From Raillietiella orientalis (lineage: Eukaryota): a DNA stretch of 64,000 bases. The stretch lies in contig JAYWIR010000004.1 in NCBI GenBank assembly GCA_036172245.1, forward strand, positions 434,001 through 498,000. The letters are read 5' to 3'. This document shows positions 49,851-61,650 of this stretch, piece by piece (position 1 is the stretch's first letter; every line of letters begins with the position of its first letter). Position numbers and translations under genes: made by a program. Under the pieces are notes generated by a model that had not been told where the DNA came from, did not search any database, and worked only from the letters and a program-made list of their open reading frames with translations.

Positions 49851-50399
49851 AAGCATGGGATCCCACAAGCGACGAGGTTTTACACAAGCAGAAAACACGA
49901 AGAGAACGATGTGTTCCGAAATCCTCCATGTCAAGGTACATTTACTGAAATACATCCTGGGTCACCGTTCCGGATGGGCGAAGGGCAGCGAGCTTTTGAC
50001 AAGACGGATAGTGAGATGATGGTGGGATTCCTTAACAGTCACTGCATGCAGTAAGATTGAATGTTCTCTAGCCACGTCCGGTTTTAGTTCACTGTGGTAT
50101 ACCACATGTTGTTGCCCGCCCATCACGGGGTCAGAAGCACCAGTTCTAGCCGTCATCTAGTAGCATGTTGTGTTCTGCTTTGTAGAGGTTTCGTATGCTT
50201 CTTCTGTGCTACTCGTCGGCTGCTCTTGACAGCCTACTAAAGTGCAGCTTCCGCGACTCGATGTCAGGACTGAGTCCAGCACGCCTCCTCGGTGGCCGTA
50301 CTCCCCATACGCGTGGGCAGCACGTGCGTCATGCCCAAGATCCGCATCATCAACAGTTGGCTGCAAAGAGGTGTCGAAAGGTCGAGGGAAGGGGGAGGA

Positions 50400-51000
50400 G
50401 GAGAACAGTTTCAGGGTGTTGCACTTGGTGGCAGCTGCAGCTGCGGAGAACCCACGGGAGAAAGTGAGCAGGACGCTGCCAAGAGCTTGCTTCCGGTGAC
50501 GCTCTCATGATTTGCTTGCAGGAGATTCTTGAGGTCACCAATCGATCCAATTCAAACCGCAAGAGAAGCGTCACGTTCCTCGGAAATTTTGGAACATGGC
50601 AAGCAGTGCCGTTCCTCCCAGGAGGAATCAAGAAAAAAAAAGGAGGTGCGCTTTGCTCTCGAGTTCTTCCTCAGCATCTGCAGTGTCCATGGAATCAAAA
50701 TTAGGAATTCATGCGATACAGCAGCAGGTCCTGACTGGTCCCCGATGATCAGGGATCACGATTAAACAGGAACATTCCCAGCAATGATGGCTGGGAAGAA
50801 CGTGATGCGGAGCGAATGATTAGCAAAGGGATGATGCAGCTCGGGAAATAACGAGATGCAATTCTGCCTAGTGCTCGCCGCTGCGAAGACATGAAAATTT
50901 GGCGGGTTATCTCGGGACGTCAGGAAGATAAATGGGAAACGGAATGGATAGAGGGGGTAGGGGCGATGTTCTTGACATGCATCTCGCCACAAAACCTGTT
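50400..51000 (+). mobile_element. APE endonuclease relic of a LINE
   Basis: MICLQE (from 50507, cf. DIICLQE) followed by GGIKKKKGGALC (cf. SG...GGVAI). Confidence 0.3.
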
Positions 51001-51439
51001 ACCTTTTTTTTGTAGAGCATAGAAGGAGGCAAAGAAGAAAGCTGGATCAATCGATATCAATTCCTGGAGATTTTTAATCTGCAAAAGATGTTGCGGAAAT
51101 CGAAGATAAATCTCGCGCGCATGAAAAGGAGAGAAGTGTCACCGAGCGGTGGGTGGTTCTGGGATCGAGACGCTGAGTCAAGAGTGGGAAGAGGACATAT
51201 GTTAAGGGGAACTGGGATGAGGTGATGCGATTCGAACGAGGGCCGCGTTGGAGGGAAGGAAGGACAACTAGGGAAGGCTCAAAAAGTCCTCCACAATCGG
51301 ATTCCCATAAGCAAAGGAGAGCTTTCCTTGAGGGAGATGAAAACAGGAACGGCAAGGAACTCGAATTCCGGGATTCTCGCCGCCTCCCATCCCGAATTAA
51401 GCGAACAAAAGAAGATCCGAAAAATCGGGTCCTTTGCTT

Positions 51440-52001
51440 GAACTTTCCTTGCTTCGAGAAATGCGATCTCGATCTCGACTTGAGCACAGACCGATGACTC
51501 CAAGAGCTAAACTCTCCCAGAAGAAGTTGAGCAAAGGATGCAAATCGAAGCGAAAGCGTGCGATTCGTATCCAAGGACACTGGGAGAGAGGGAAGGGGGG
51601 AAGAGAGGTGGGGGAGGGAGGGATTGAACTAAACGATCCTAACGTGCGTCATCGCATCCCTGCACGGTTTCATTAAACGACTCTGAGAGCGGTGATTCAG
51701 GAAGCACAGAAACACACGGAACATTAGCATACATAGAGGTTTTCCGGAAGCCATTCTCACGCCACAAGTGGGTGCCAAAGATGATCGAAGGCAGGAAGAA
51801 AAGAGAAGAAGAAGAAACCAACGAACATGTGTCGCCTCGCGTCCCGCGAATCGGCAACTCCGTTGACATGGAACGCAACCTCCGGTGGGACCTCAGTCAC
51901 GTGAAGCGCTGCGCTCGGGTCCTGGTTCAAGCGAGGGAGATGATTTCTTGCCTCCACCGAGGCGCTCTTCCACCTGCGCTGCTCCCGATGACTATTTTTT
52001 C
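51440..52001 (-). pseudogene. Decayed Rab-like small GTPase gene
   Basis: EKIVIGSSAGGR (51966-52001, G1-like). Same frame, 47 codons later: ELPIRGTRGD (51831-51860, cf. KLQIWDTAGQ). Then MY...SESFNE (ESFNE 51669-51683), LDTNRTL (cf. LVGNKxDL), FASFAQ, and LESSVCAQVEIEIAFLEA (from 51503, cf. FLETSAxxxxNVExAF). Contains stops and a frameshift. Confidence 0.45.
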
Positions 52002-52239
52002 ACTGCAGCTGCGATCATTTCCATGCAAGAAAACTGATCCCGTGAGGATGACATGCATCTGAAGCGGAGCAACGGAGCTTCTGAAGGAAGCCGAGACAAA
52101 CTTGGAAACGCCAAGTCTTTTTACAGAGAGCAAGCAATGAAATAAAGCGCTGCAAAAGACATATTTATCCTTGAATAATTATATTTATAGTATCGAAACA
52201 TCTATTTTTACGGGTAGTTTACCGAGCTGAGGGCTTTTA

Positions 52240-53100
52240 AAAATACGAATGCGTGCAGCGCTCTCTGCTTTCGCTCACCATCGGACGCGAAGCTTTTGGA
52301 CGAATTCCTGACCGGTCGGAGGTCTGAGTCAGCCGGCAGGACGAATTACGGAGATTGATTATCTGCCGGACCGGCTGGAACCGATCAATCTCAGCGTCTA
52401 TTACTTTTAATTTTATGCTTTCCCGTGCTTCCCACGGGAGCATTGTGCTTTTTTGTCCACAGGGGGGCATTGTGGGTAGGCAGCGAGCTTACCAAAATGT
52501 TCTCCCCTGCTTGGATGTAGGAGCTCCACAAGCTGCAGTTAGGCAGCCCACGGTACTCCCGTGGAATTGACGTGACTCCTGGGACTTTGTTCTGACGAGG
52601 AGTAGGCAGACGAAGATTAGGGATCGTCCAGCGCGACCAAGAATCGAAGTCTCCAGTCAACAAGGCGTGCCGGATTCAAGATCGGACCAGTTACGAAGCT
52701 TTAGTGCGGGACATCGCGGACAGCTGGGATCCAGGTTTCAGTCAACGAGCTGAGTGGATGCTTCCCCCATCTTTCAGAAGGCGCTATCCCTCCTTCCTTT
52801 TTTTTTTTTTTTTTTTCCAGGAATCAAAGATTTTCAGGAATCTCCCTCCTCGCTTATCGGTGCGGACCACACGCTGACCGGCATCACCCATTGCACACGT
52901 TTATGGAGGAAGACGATTTTCCAGGTGTTCCTCGTTTTAGCACAGATCTTCCCTCTGAGATCAGAATGCCAAGAGTTCCAGCCCAATGAGCCGGTGAACA
53001 TCGTTCAAGCGAAAGTTACGGAATCTCGAAGGAGGGGAGGTTTGCTGACGTAAAGATGGCCCGCGGAAGATATTTGCTTCTTCCTTCGACTGAGAACATT
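52240..53100 (-). mobile_element. APE endonuclease relic of an L1/Tx1-like LINE
   Basis: LTGDFD (cf. ILxGDFN), LPW...AEIDRF (cf. FTW...SRIDRF) and TSDR (cf. SDH) in order. Confidence 0.45.
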
Positions 53101-53449
53101 CGAGATGAGTAGCCGAGGAGCGCTCGGACCGAAAGGGTTCGTTCGTGCTAGTAGGTGCACGCCTGCTGGGCATATCCGGGTTCTTGGCGGCGAGGAGGCT
53201 CGCAAATCTTCCGCCGTGCATTTTTTGTAGCGTTGGGAGAACGCCTCTTGCCCTCATCCGGCATCAAACTGCCAGATGGAGCCGTTGGGACCTGTCGGAA
53301 TGAATGGGAGGCGACGGGCAAACGAGTCCTGAGTTGGAGCCGGCTTCAGTACCCAGGAGACCTCTGGCTCCTGTGACGTCACGATGCAACCAGACCACTC
53401 CGAATGTTCATCTCCACAATTCCGAGCTTGGAAAGTTTCAAAATCGAGG

Positions 53450-56400
53450 TACCTCACTTCAAAGGAAAAGGAAAGGAAAAAAAGAAAAAAAATCCAGATG
53501 CGTTCACGTGCAGTCTCGCGTGCAGCGAAGGACTGCGTGTGGAAGATGCAAGGACAAGGCTCTTGAGGTCTGATGGAATCTTCGCGGTGTGAAAAACCAA
53601 TTCGTTCTTTTTTCATGGAACTTTTCCCAAGACGGTCAGATGCTTTTTACCCTCTCTGAAACCACCAAACGCTTGCCGGGACTTTCGGGTAATAAAATGG
53701 CGCCTGATCCGCGCATCCTCCGCGGATAGATACCACTGATCTCCTCCGCACCGTTCCTTTCGTCCCAATGCTGGGACGTGGTGAGATCCCGTTCCACCAT
53801 GGGTCTTCCCTCCGTTCGGTCGAACAGAGGAATGTCCTCTGAGTCCAGGAGAAGCAGGAAGCATCTAGGGTGATTCTACAGGGGTGCGCGGGAACGGACT
53901 TTTGAGGTGGAATGAACTCCGAGGCTCCCTTACCCGTGAGTCGAATGCCTCAAAGCGTGCGGCTCGTTTGCCTTCCTACTCTGTAATCGAGATAAGTAGC
54001 AAAAACTTTGGGAGCGAGCCCTTGGAGCGCGGGATGGGTGGAAGCACACCCAAAACGCTCCCTAGAGAGTGGCTCTTGAGTTTCTCCTGATGAAAGATGG
54101 GCGGGCCGAGGACGACCGTGGGGTTGGCTGGAGCGTGATTTACAAAAAGCAGGGGAGGGGGAATGAGCGGAGAGGAATGGAGGAGAAAGGGATCAAAGGA
54201 GGAGATTCCACTGTAACCGTTCGGCGCACTGAGTCTGGTGATTCTGTCTTCTCTTAGGGATGGAAGGTTCCCAGGAAATGTCCAACTCTACCAACAGAGG
54301 CATCGTCCCACTACCCGTCCTTCCGCCTCTCCGACTGGATTCGCGCTCCTTCCCCCATAACTCCAGCCGGAATTTCGGCGTCGCCTATCCCGAATGAATC
54401 GAACGCCTTCTCGGCCCACGGTGACCACCCCGTGCGCTTGGGGTGGAGGAGACAACCGAGAAGAGGGCAGCGGCCACTCTGCTCTCCGAGTATCCGAAAG
54501 CTTCCGTTCCTGGGTGGAGCTGCTATGTCCTCCTCAAGAGAAGAGTGGCTTCCCAGACATCTCTTCCAGGAGCGCGAAATGCTGGGGCGGTTCTCTGTAT
54601 ACCCGCCTATGTGGACACCCCCTTCGTCTCCAGCTAAGCCTCCTTTCTTCCAGGAACGTCTCAAAGGACTCACCGGTGTGGGGCATACTTCCTTCGGGAA
54701 CATCCAAACTGACACCTCGTAACCGTCCAGCGGTCCTGTAGCAGATGCCCTGGAAACCCTCAGGAAGTGTTCGAGATGCTGCAGCAGGATCTTGGCGCTC
54801 TCCGCTTTCTGGGGCGGTATCGTCTCTTTCGAGAGAAGACTGAGGGTCGTTCAGACCTTCGGTTGCACCTCCCTGGTCCTCTCTCTACTCTTTATTATCT
54901 CTTACTTCGGTCTCTATCTCTCTACTCTTTACTCTTTAAAGCAGCTCGGGAGCTCAGGGACTGAGCTCCCGAGCTGCTTTCCAGGAGCCACGGCTGCGCC
55001 TCCAGATGTCCTCCAGCCATCTTCGCTTTTTCCCACCAGCCTTCTCTTCCTCCCCTCCGAGATGAGCATATCGGACGGAGCATCTTCTTCCAGATGCGTC
55101 TTTCCCAGGAGCTCCCGCAGAATGAGTCGCAGCAGCTACCACTCCTCCGGCGATGGATGAAAAATTCATCAGCCGCGAGGCCTGGATCTTCCGAGATCTG
55201 TTCCAAGAGAGGATGATGAACTGTCGAGGTACTCTAAAAGAGGGGAAGGGGGGGGAAGATGAGACGGAAACGGAGACAGATGGACGTGCTGCAATGAGCG
55301 TCTGGACAGGATTTCCACGCGGTCGTAGGCTGTGGAGGTCGCTCCCTCATCAGGCGAGGAGAGCAAACAAAAAAGGGCAGGGAAAATTCGCTATCCCCCT
55401 CCTCCTCTTCCAGTTTCCCCCATGCTCGAACAGCCGGAACCGCACGTTCTTTCCTGACTCTCCTCCTCCGGAGACGCTGGCTGTCCAACGTCAGGGGAAA
55501 TCCATCAGAAAGAGGAGGTCAAGTTCAGCTCCACTCTCAGAAGCTTTGAAGGGACAGAAGGTGACCCTAGCGATGGAGACAGGAAAGATGACCGCAGGGT
55601 ACTCCACTCCAGTGCTACCCCTTCTCCGCGTTTCTCATCTTCCTATTCCTCCCTCCCAGAGAGAATAAAGGACCGGGAAGAACGTTGGGATACTGCGCGT
55701 GTCAGGGGAGAGAAAAGCAAGATCAGTGGTTTTTCTCTCAGAGCAAATGTTGGAAAGGGAAGCAAAGAACTGACGGGGACATCCCTCCCGACGTCAGTCT
55801 TCTCTTCACTCAGGGTCCAATGGCGGAACTCGTGGCCTTTGTAGCTGTGCCTTCAAGACTTCTCTTCCTCCACTGGATGGAAGAAGACTCCCCGACGGGG
55901 AAGCTTTTGCTGGAAGGACCGGGGCCAGCTCTAAAGAGGAGCGCAGCAGCCGAGTGCAAAGGGTGAGCCCGGATTCCCGGAAAAGGGAAGAGGAAGCAGC
56001 TGCGCCGGTTGTCCACCTTGGGAGGAGCGAAGGGTAAACGTCTGACTGTGGGCAGGAAAAGTCAGCCGTGCCCAGCATCCCTCCGGAGCTCTTCCGGGTA
56101 CATCTCATGAGACGCTCCTAACGGAGGGGAATGCAATTGCATCGAGGAGCATCCCAGCATCCCGGATCCCTCAGTCGGTCTCAACTTGCAGGATCTTAGG
56201 CTTTCTCGTCCTTCCGGAAGAGAAGGAGAGACGAGAGGAGAGTTCTTCACCACTCTGCTTATCTGCTCGCGGGAGAGATGCCGTCCAGTTTACTTCAGAC
56301 TCTGTGGCGGCCCACCCATGCTAACATTCTTGGGTCATTCATCATGTGGAACACTCTGGAAAATGTCAGAAAGGACTCTCAAGAAAAGGAGAAGGAAATA

Positions 56401-58150
56401 AGATGACGACGACGATACTGTGAATGACGAAGAGCAAGAGGAAGAGAAAGAGGAAAAGGAAAGAGGATGCGGGAAAGGTCCTGCACTATCCCAGGCAGAT
56501 GTCACCGCCGTTCCCTGTTGGGTGCTCAGCCGCCGCTGTGCCGAATGGAAGACGGCGCACCTATCAGACTGCCCAACGGAAGACCAGCAAATTTCCTTCC
56601 AGGCTTCGGGACGGACGCAGCAACTCTGCAGATAGTCCCTGAGGCCGTCCAGATGATCAGGTTCGCCTTCTCCCTCTCGATGCGGTGCGATTTGGCACTG
56701 ACCTTGCCATCGGCGATCTCTGCGTTATTTGGTTTGATCGAGGTCGCAAATACCGACGTGCTCATCAAGTCATGTTCTCCTGAACAGAGCCGTGGATCGT
56801 ATTTCGGATTCCCCAAGGGCCCATACATATGCTTCCCCGAGAAGGAAGTCCTCGCCGAACGCTACGTTCCTCATCGGGAAGCTTCCCCACCTCTGCGAAG
56901 ATTCATTTCTTTCCTTTCCACCTGGAGGGCACCTCCGCCTCTACTCAAGTCAATGGTCGCTGCTTCCCTCAGGAACCAGCAGATTCCTCGGCACCTCTGC
57001 CGGTCTCGAGGGCAGAAGGTTTTCCCTGGACCATAGCGTGGATTGACAGTTTTAAACAAAGCGGCGTCGCTCCTGTTTGGCCTTCGTGAGCCACAAGATG
57101 GGGATGGAGACTTCGTGCCGTTCGAGCAGCTGTTCACCCCATCCGGCGTTTTTTTTTTTTTCACTTGCTCGTGGATTTCACGTGTGCGAGAGCGGAAGGA
57201 ATCTTTGCTCCCAGCATCCGCAGCTTTGCCACTTGTTTGTGGTGAGTGGTTTTGAATTACATTTTCTGTGCATGGCAGCCTTGAGTATACGTTTTTCCCT
57301 CGTATACCGTTGCACACCAGAGCGAACATGTGCGAGTGTGCACGCGTATCTGTATCTGTGTGATAGAGACAGAGGCTGAGAGTTTTCTACACACGCAAGA
57401 GATGCGAATGTATTTCATGCATGAACATGCAGCACTTTCAGAAGGCACGGATCACGTGACCTTAGCAATCTCTGGACGCTAGCATGAGTCCTCTAGTAAC
57501 AAGTGCCTCTGAGTCCAGTAACGAAGTGTCCACTCTTCATGCATTCCGCTCGGAGAGAGCAAAGTTTGGAGATACAAGCGGGTTCATCATGACTAAGAGG
57601 GATTCTCTTTGACCTTCCTCATGGAGAGGTGCTCCTGGAGTCGGTAAACAAGAAGGGGACAAGGAAATCTTTCCCAAGCATAGTGTGTCCTGTGTTTTGT
57701 GCTCTGTCAACAGAGACACATGAAGAGAGGCAGACTGTCAGCTGCCGGAGTCCCACGAGCGATTTGCCTTCTAGACAGGGTTCTTCTGCACTGTGTTCGT
57801 CAGGTTCTCCCCATCTTCGCCATGATGCTGCAGTTCACGCCACAGTGGCTTCCGGAGACCACAGCAACGACTTACGGCAGCAGTTTTGTTCTTCCGAACT
57901 CATCCCTCCTATGCTCCAGAAACATACCCCTCTTGCCTTCTTCATCGGACGTTCCGATTGCACGGGAGATTGTGCTCCACCCTCCTTTTCCCAACCCACA
58001 ATTCCCAGAGAGGTCCATGTGGCATTTTGAACGGATGAGGTCCTTTTTGCAGAAGCCCCCACTGCGACGTTTCCTCTCCTCTTTTCAATTGCAAAAACGT
58101 ATTCAACAGGATTTGCCTCATATGCGTCATTCCGATGTCTTGGATATACT
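53450..58150 (+). mobile_element. Near full-length degenerate Tx1/L1-like LINE
   Basis: ORF1-like GVRGNG...ARLPSY near 53880-53990; APE MMNC, RRLWRSLP, NSRNRTFF; linker WMEEDSPT; RPSGREG..GEFFTT (cf. KSPGPDG..EFY); LLNRAVDRIS; TQVNG; C-terminal CPVFCALSTETHE..C. A purine-rich low-complexity insertion lies at about 56380-56470. Confidence 0.6.
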
Positions 58151-58649
58151 TTGTTTTTAATGAACTTATGAACTCTGCAAGCGCTTATTTTCAAAGTTTA
58201 ACAAAATATTATTTTTGGAAAAGAAGAGAGAGTCTTTTGTTAAATATAATATTTGGACTGACTCCAACTTGAAAGAATCATTCCCATGCTTGAACATTGT
58301 TTTGAATAACAGTTTGACCGTAATTCACTCGTTTGAATGGTATTCATCATACCAGCAGGAAATGCAAATAAGCATCTTTATCAATACAGGAAAGCAATAG
58401 AAATACAGGTAAGTATTTGCTTTGAAGATGGTTATAGGTAGTGTATCAATATATTGGATTACAGATACATACGTATACAATGTTCAATTACTCTTCTTTC
58501 AAGAAAGTATTTTTTTCTTATATGTGAAATTTATTTCATGATGGTTAAAAATAAGTCAAATTCTACGAGAATCTTCCTGTTTCCTCTTCTCTTTCCCTGG
58601 ACCCTCCTTCCTCTCCCCTCAGGATCAGAGCTTCCCTCAGAGCCTCCCT

Positions 58650-61600
58650 GATTTCTACTTCTCTGATGGAGTGTTCCCTTTCTCTTCTTCCCTGCTGTCC
58701 ACATCCTGAAACTACAGTCTCGAGGACAGAAGGGTCAGCACCATCCTCCTTCGCAGGTTCTGATAGCTCCCACCAACCGGCTGTCTTCGACATATCTTCG
58801 CGGTCACCTTCCTCGAAGCTGCGGGCGATCTCGGAGAGGAAGGCAGATTTTACCGGGCCGGGTTACTCCGTGGCGAATAGTTATCCGGGACAAATAAACA
58901 AAGATAGAAAAGGAGCTTCCTAGAGGATGAGGTTTAGCAGGGAGGAAGCGTCCGTTGAGCAGTTTGCCAAGGGGAGAAATCTGCAGTTGCATAGGGGGAG
59001 GTACAGGCGAAACATGAGTGGACGACGGGGAAAAAAGGAAGCCCCTTCGGCTTTTAGTCCTCTTCTCATCGGTCCCTAGGTGGAATGTGGGCGATGATCT
59101 CCCACGCTGCTTGTCCAAGGAGAGGACCACTTTCAGGCTCTCCTCCAGCCAAGGATGCAACCGAGAGGATGGTCCCCTGATTCTGTTTGCGATGTTCACG
59201 CCCCAGCCACATAGTCACAGTGTCGGACATCTGGAGCAGCTGCACCTAAGAATGGTTCTTGCATGCTAAACGCAAATTTTGGGAGGTCACGGAGGGTCGT
59301 CTCTATGGATTTCCGTCCTGAACGGAGGGCACCGCAGTCCAACACCAGGAGCGGGATGGATGTGGCCACCACTAGGGTGGCCTGGTGGTACCACCTGGAG
59401 CTTCTCCTCGCCTGGAAGCGGTAGTGGCATTCGTTACTCGGGCAGCACCAGTGTGGGGAACATCGCTGTTGTCTGTCGCGAAGCGCCGAGGTGTCCGAAT
59501 GCAGAGGGGGGCCGAGAGAAGGGCCAGGTTGCGGGTCAAACGGCTCGCCACCAAGTCCTGCTAAAGAGGGGCGCTCGGAAGGGGGAAGCCGACCACCCAG
59601 AAAGTGGACGAGGGCGGAGCGCATTCACAGCTACCCTTGCGGACGGACGCGGGAGAAACGCGGCGGAAGCGGCGCGGGCAGGACTACAGGAAGCGCCCTG
59701 CACCAGCGTCGTCCGAGAGGTGATCCAGGAGCCGGCGAGGTCGTGAAAACCCCTCAGCCTCCCCAGGGCCTTTCTCTTCGATGCCGAACGAACACCCTCC
59801 CAGGTAAGCAGAAGGTGTTGGGTGCGCTACGGGCAAAGGTGACACCAGTCGTGCCATCCCGTCTCAGAGGGAGCTCTGCAAGTGGAGGGAGAAGGAGGGT
59901 CGCGGTCAGCACGCTTCACGTCAGGACTCCCTCCCTATCTGGTGGTTCAGGAGAGGGATCTCCCTCTCCGTCCTGCGCAGTGCGGGTGCAGTCTCCAGGA
60001 GACCAGTCTCTAACGTGACTCCCGTTCCAGGAGCGTTCCTGCCGGCGCATCGCGAAAGAGCCCGGTAGTCCGGCAGGTCCCGGAAGCGGCGTGAGATGTC
60101 CGCCAGGACTCGCTCTGCTTCCCCTTCAGCTTGGATCGACAGTCGTCTCGGATGCAAAGACAGCGCCGATAGTCGCCTGCCCCAGCGCCGCCACGGCCGT
60201 CTCCTTTCTTCGCCACCTGCCCATCTCTGCGCTGCCTCCTGACAGATGCGTGCCCGGCGTACCCTCCAGGAAGGGAGGAGCTAGAGACCGCAGCCATCCT
60301 CAGTCGCCTTCCTTCGCCGCTGCGAAGATGCACCGATGGAGCGCCGTCCTTCCGATGGTCCCCTCGGGGTTGCTGCGAGGCCTCCTTCTGTTCCTCACTC
60401 CACCACCCGCCCTCCCTCCCTCGCTTGGCCCGAGGACCCTTGCAGCTCCTTTTACGGTCCGGCTCCCTGGAGAAGACTCGGGTGTCGCCGCAAGAATGGG
60501 GAAGGGGCTCCAAGTCCTCACGCTCCTGAGGGGCAGGGAGAAGCTGGAGTTGTGTGCGACCGCCTAGGAGAGGTCCTGACCAGACAAGCCGCGTGTCCCT
60601 GGAGGCTTTTAACTGCGATCGTCCGCCGCGGCTCGAACACCCCGCGGAAGTGGGGACTCCTCCTGGTGCCTAGGGGGAGAGAGGGAGCCAGGGAGGGATC
60701 CACACAGCATCCCCTCCCGTATTCCGCGTTGCAGTCTCCGGTGCCACGACCAAGGGTGAAGCAGGGGGCCCGGAAATCCTTTCCTCCTTCCCGTCCCCGT
60801 ACTTCCTCCTTGCCGTCCTCGTTGCTTGGTGCTAGCAACCTCCGGGCTAAGAGGGACCCGGTAGCTGCTGCCGACATCCACGAGAGTTCGAGGCGGACCT
60901 TCGGAAGGACCGCACCTTGCGATGACCCCTTGCCGTGCTGCCGAGGGGGCGGCGACTGAAAAAGGTAGCGGAATGCGCTTTCTTTTGGTCCTGGGACCTG
61001 CCGAATACGGGGATGATCTTTTGGTTCGGGAGCACAGCGTCCCGTCCCCGGAGCCCGCCCTCCGATTGCGGTCCTCCTCCTCCTCTCCTGCTGTCTTCGG
61101 GGGGTCTCACGTGGGGGAGGGAAAAGGGGTAAAGCTGCTCCTCTTGTTCTTCTCCCTCCGCCCCTCTGGGCTCCCGCCGCGGGAAGTGCGGCTCCGTTTC
61201 CACGGAGTCCTGTGCGTCCAGATTGGTATCCCCGGCGACGCGCCCCGGCCGGATCTGGGACAAACCGCCGCGACGCCACCGCCCGTCGCCGTCGCCAGGG
61301 AAGCAGGGCGTTACGTTCCCGCGCACACGGGAAGCGAGAGGATCCCTCGTGCTTGCCGGGACAGGAATTTTCGCGAGTCTAAAAATAGCCTCCGCGAGTT
61401 TCCGGAATAATCCACGGCATGCAACAGTCGCGTGAGGAAGCAGTGCCTCCTGATCGCCAAGAACGCGATCGGCTGGTGCACCCGCCCGTCCTCCCCCTGC
61501 CTTCCCACCACGTCTTCTTCCTTCTGTCTTGCCTGGCGACGCGGGAGAGCACGGATTCGCCATCCTGTTTCTCCCCCCTCCGACGCGGACGGCGACTGCA

Positions 61601-61650
61601 AATGTGGGGAAGCGGCAATGGCGCGCCGAGAGGCGCGGCTGAGGCGACGC
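58650..61650 (+). mobile_element. 5'-truncated degenerate Tx1/L1-like LINE ORF2
   Basis: VDDGEK (cf. W.EEGEK), GHRSPTPGAG, HQVLLK, GGSGEGSPSP (cf. RGVRQGCPLSP), LLFLTPP...PFTVRLPG...LRGREKLEL, RLRFHGVLCV and LLIAKNAIGW (cf. LAKxAIW) in the expected order. Confidence 0.55.

Noticed and set aside
45900..50250. LTRs, PBS and PPT for the Gypsy relic
   Set aside because: No matching direct repeats could be identified by eye.
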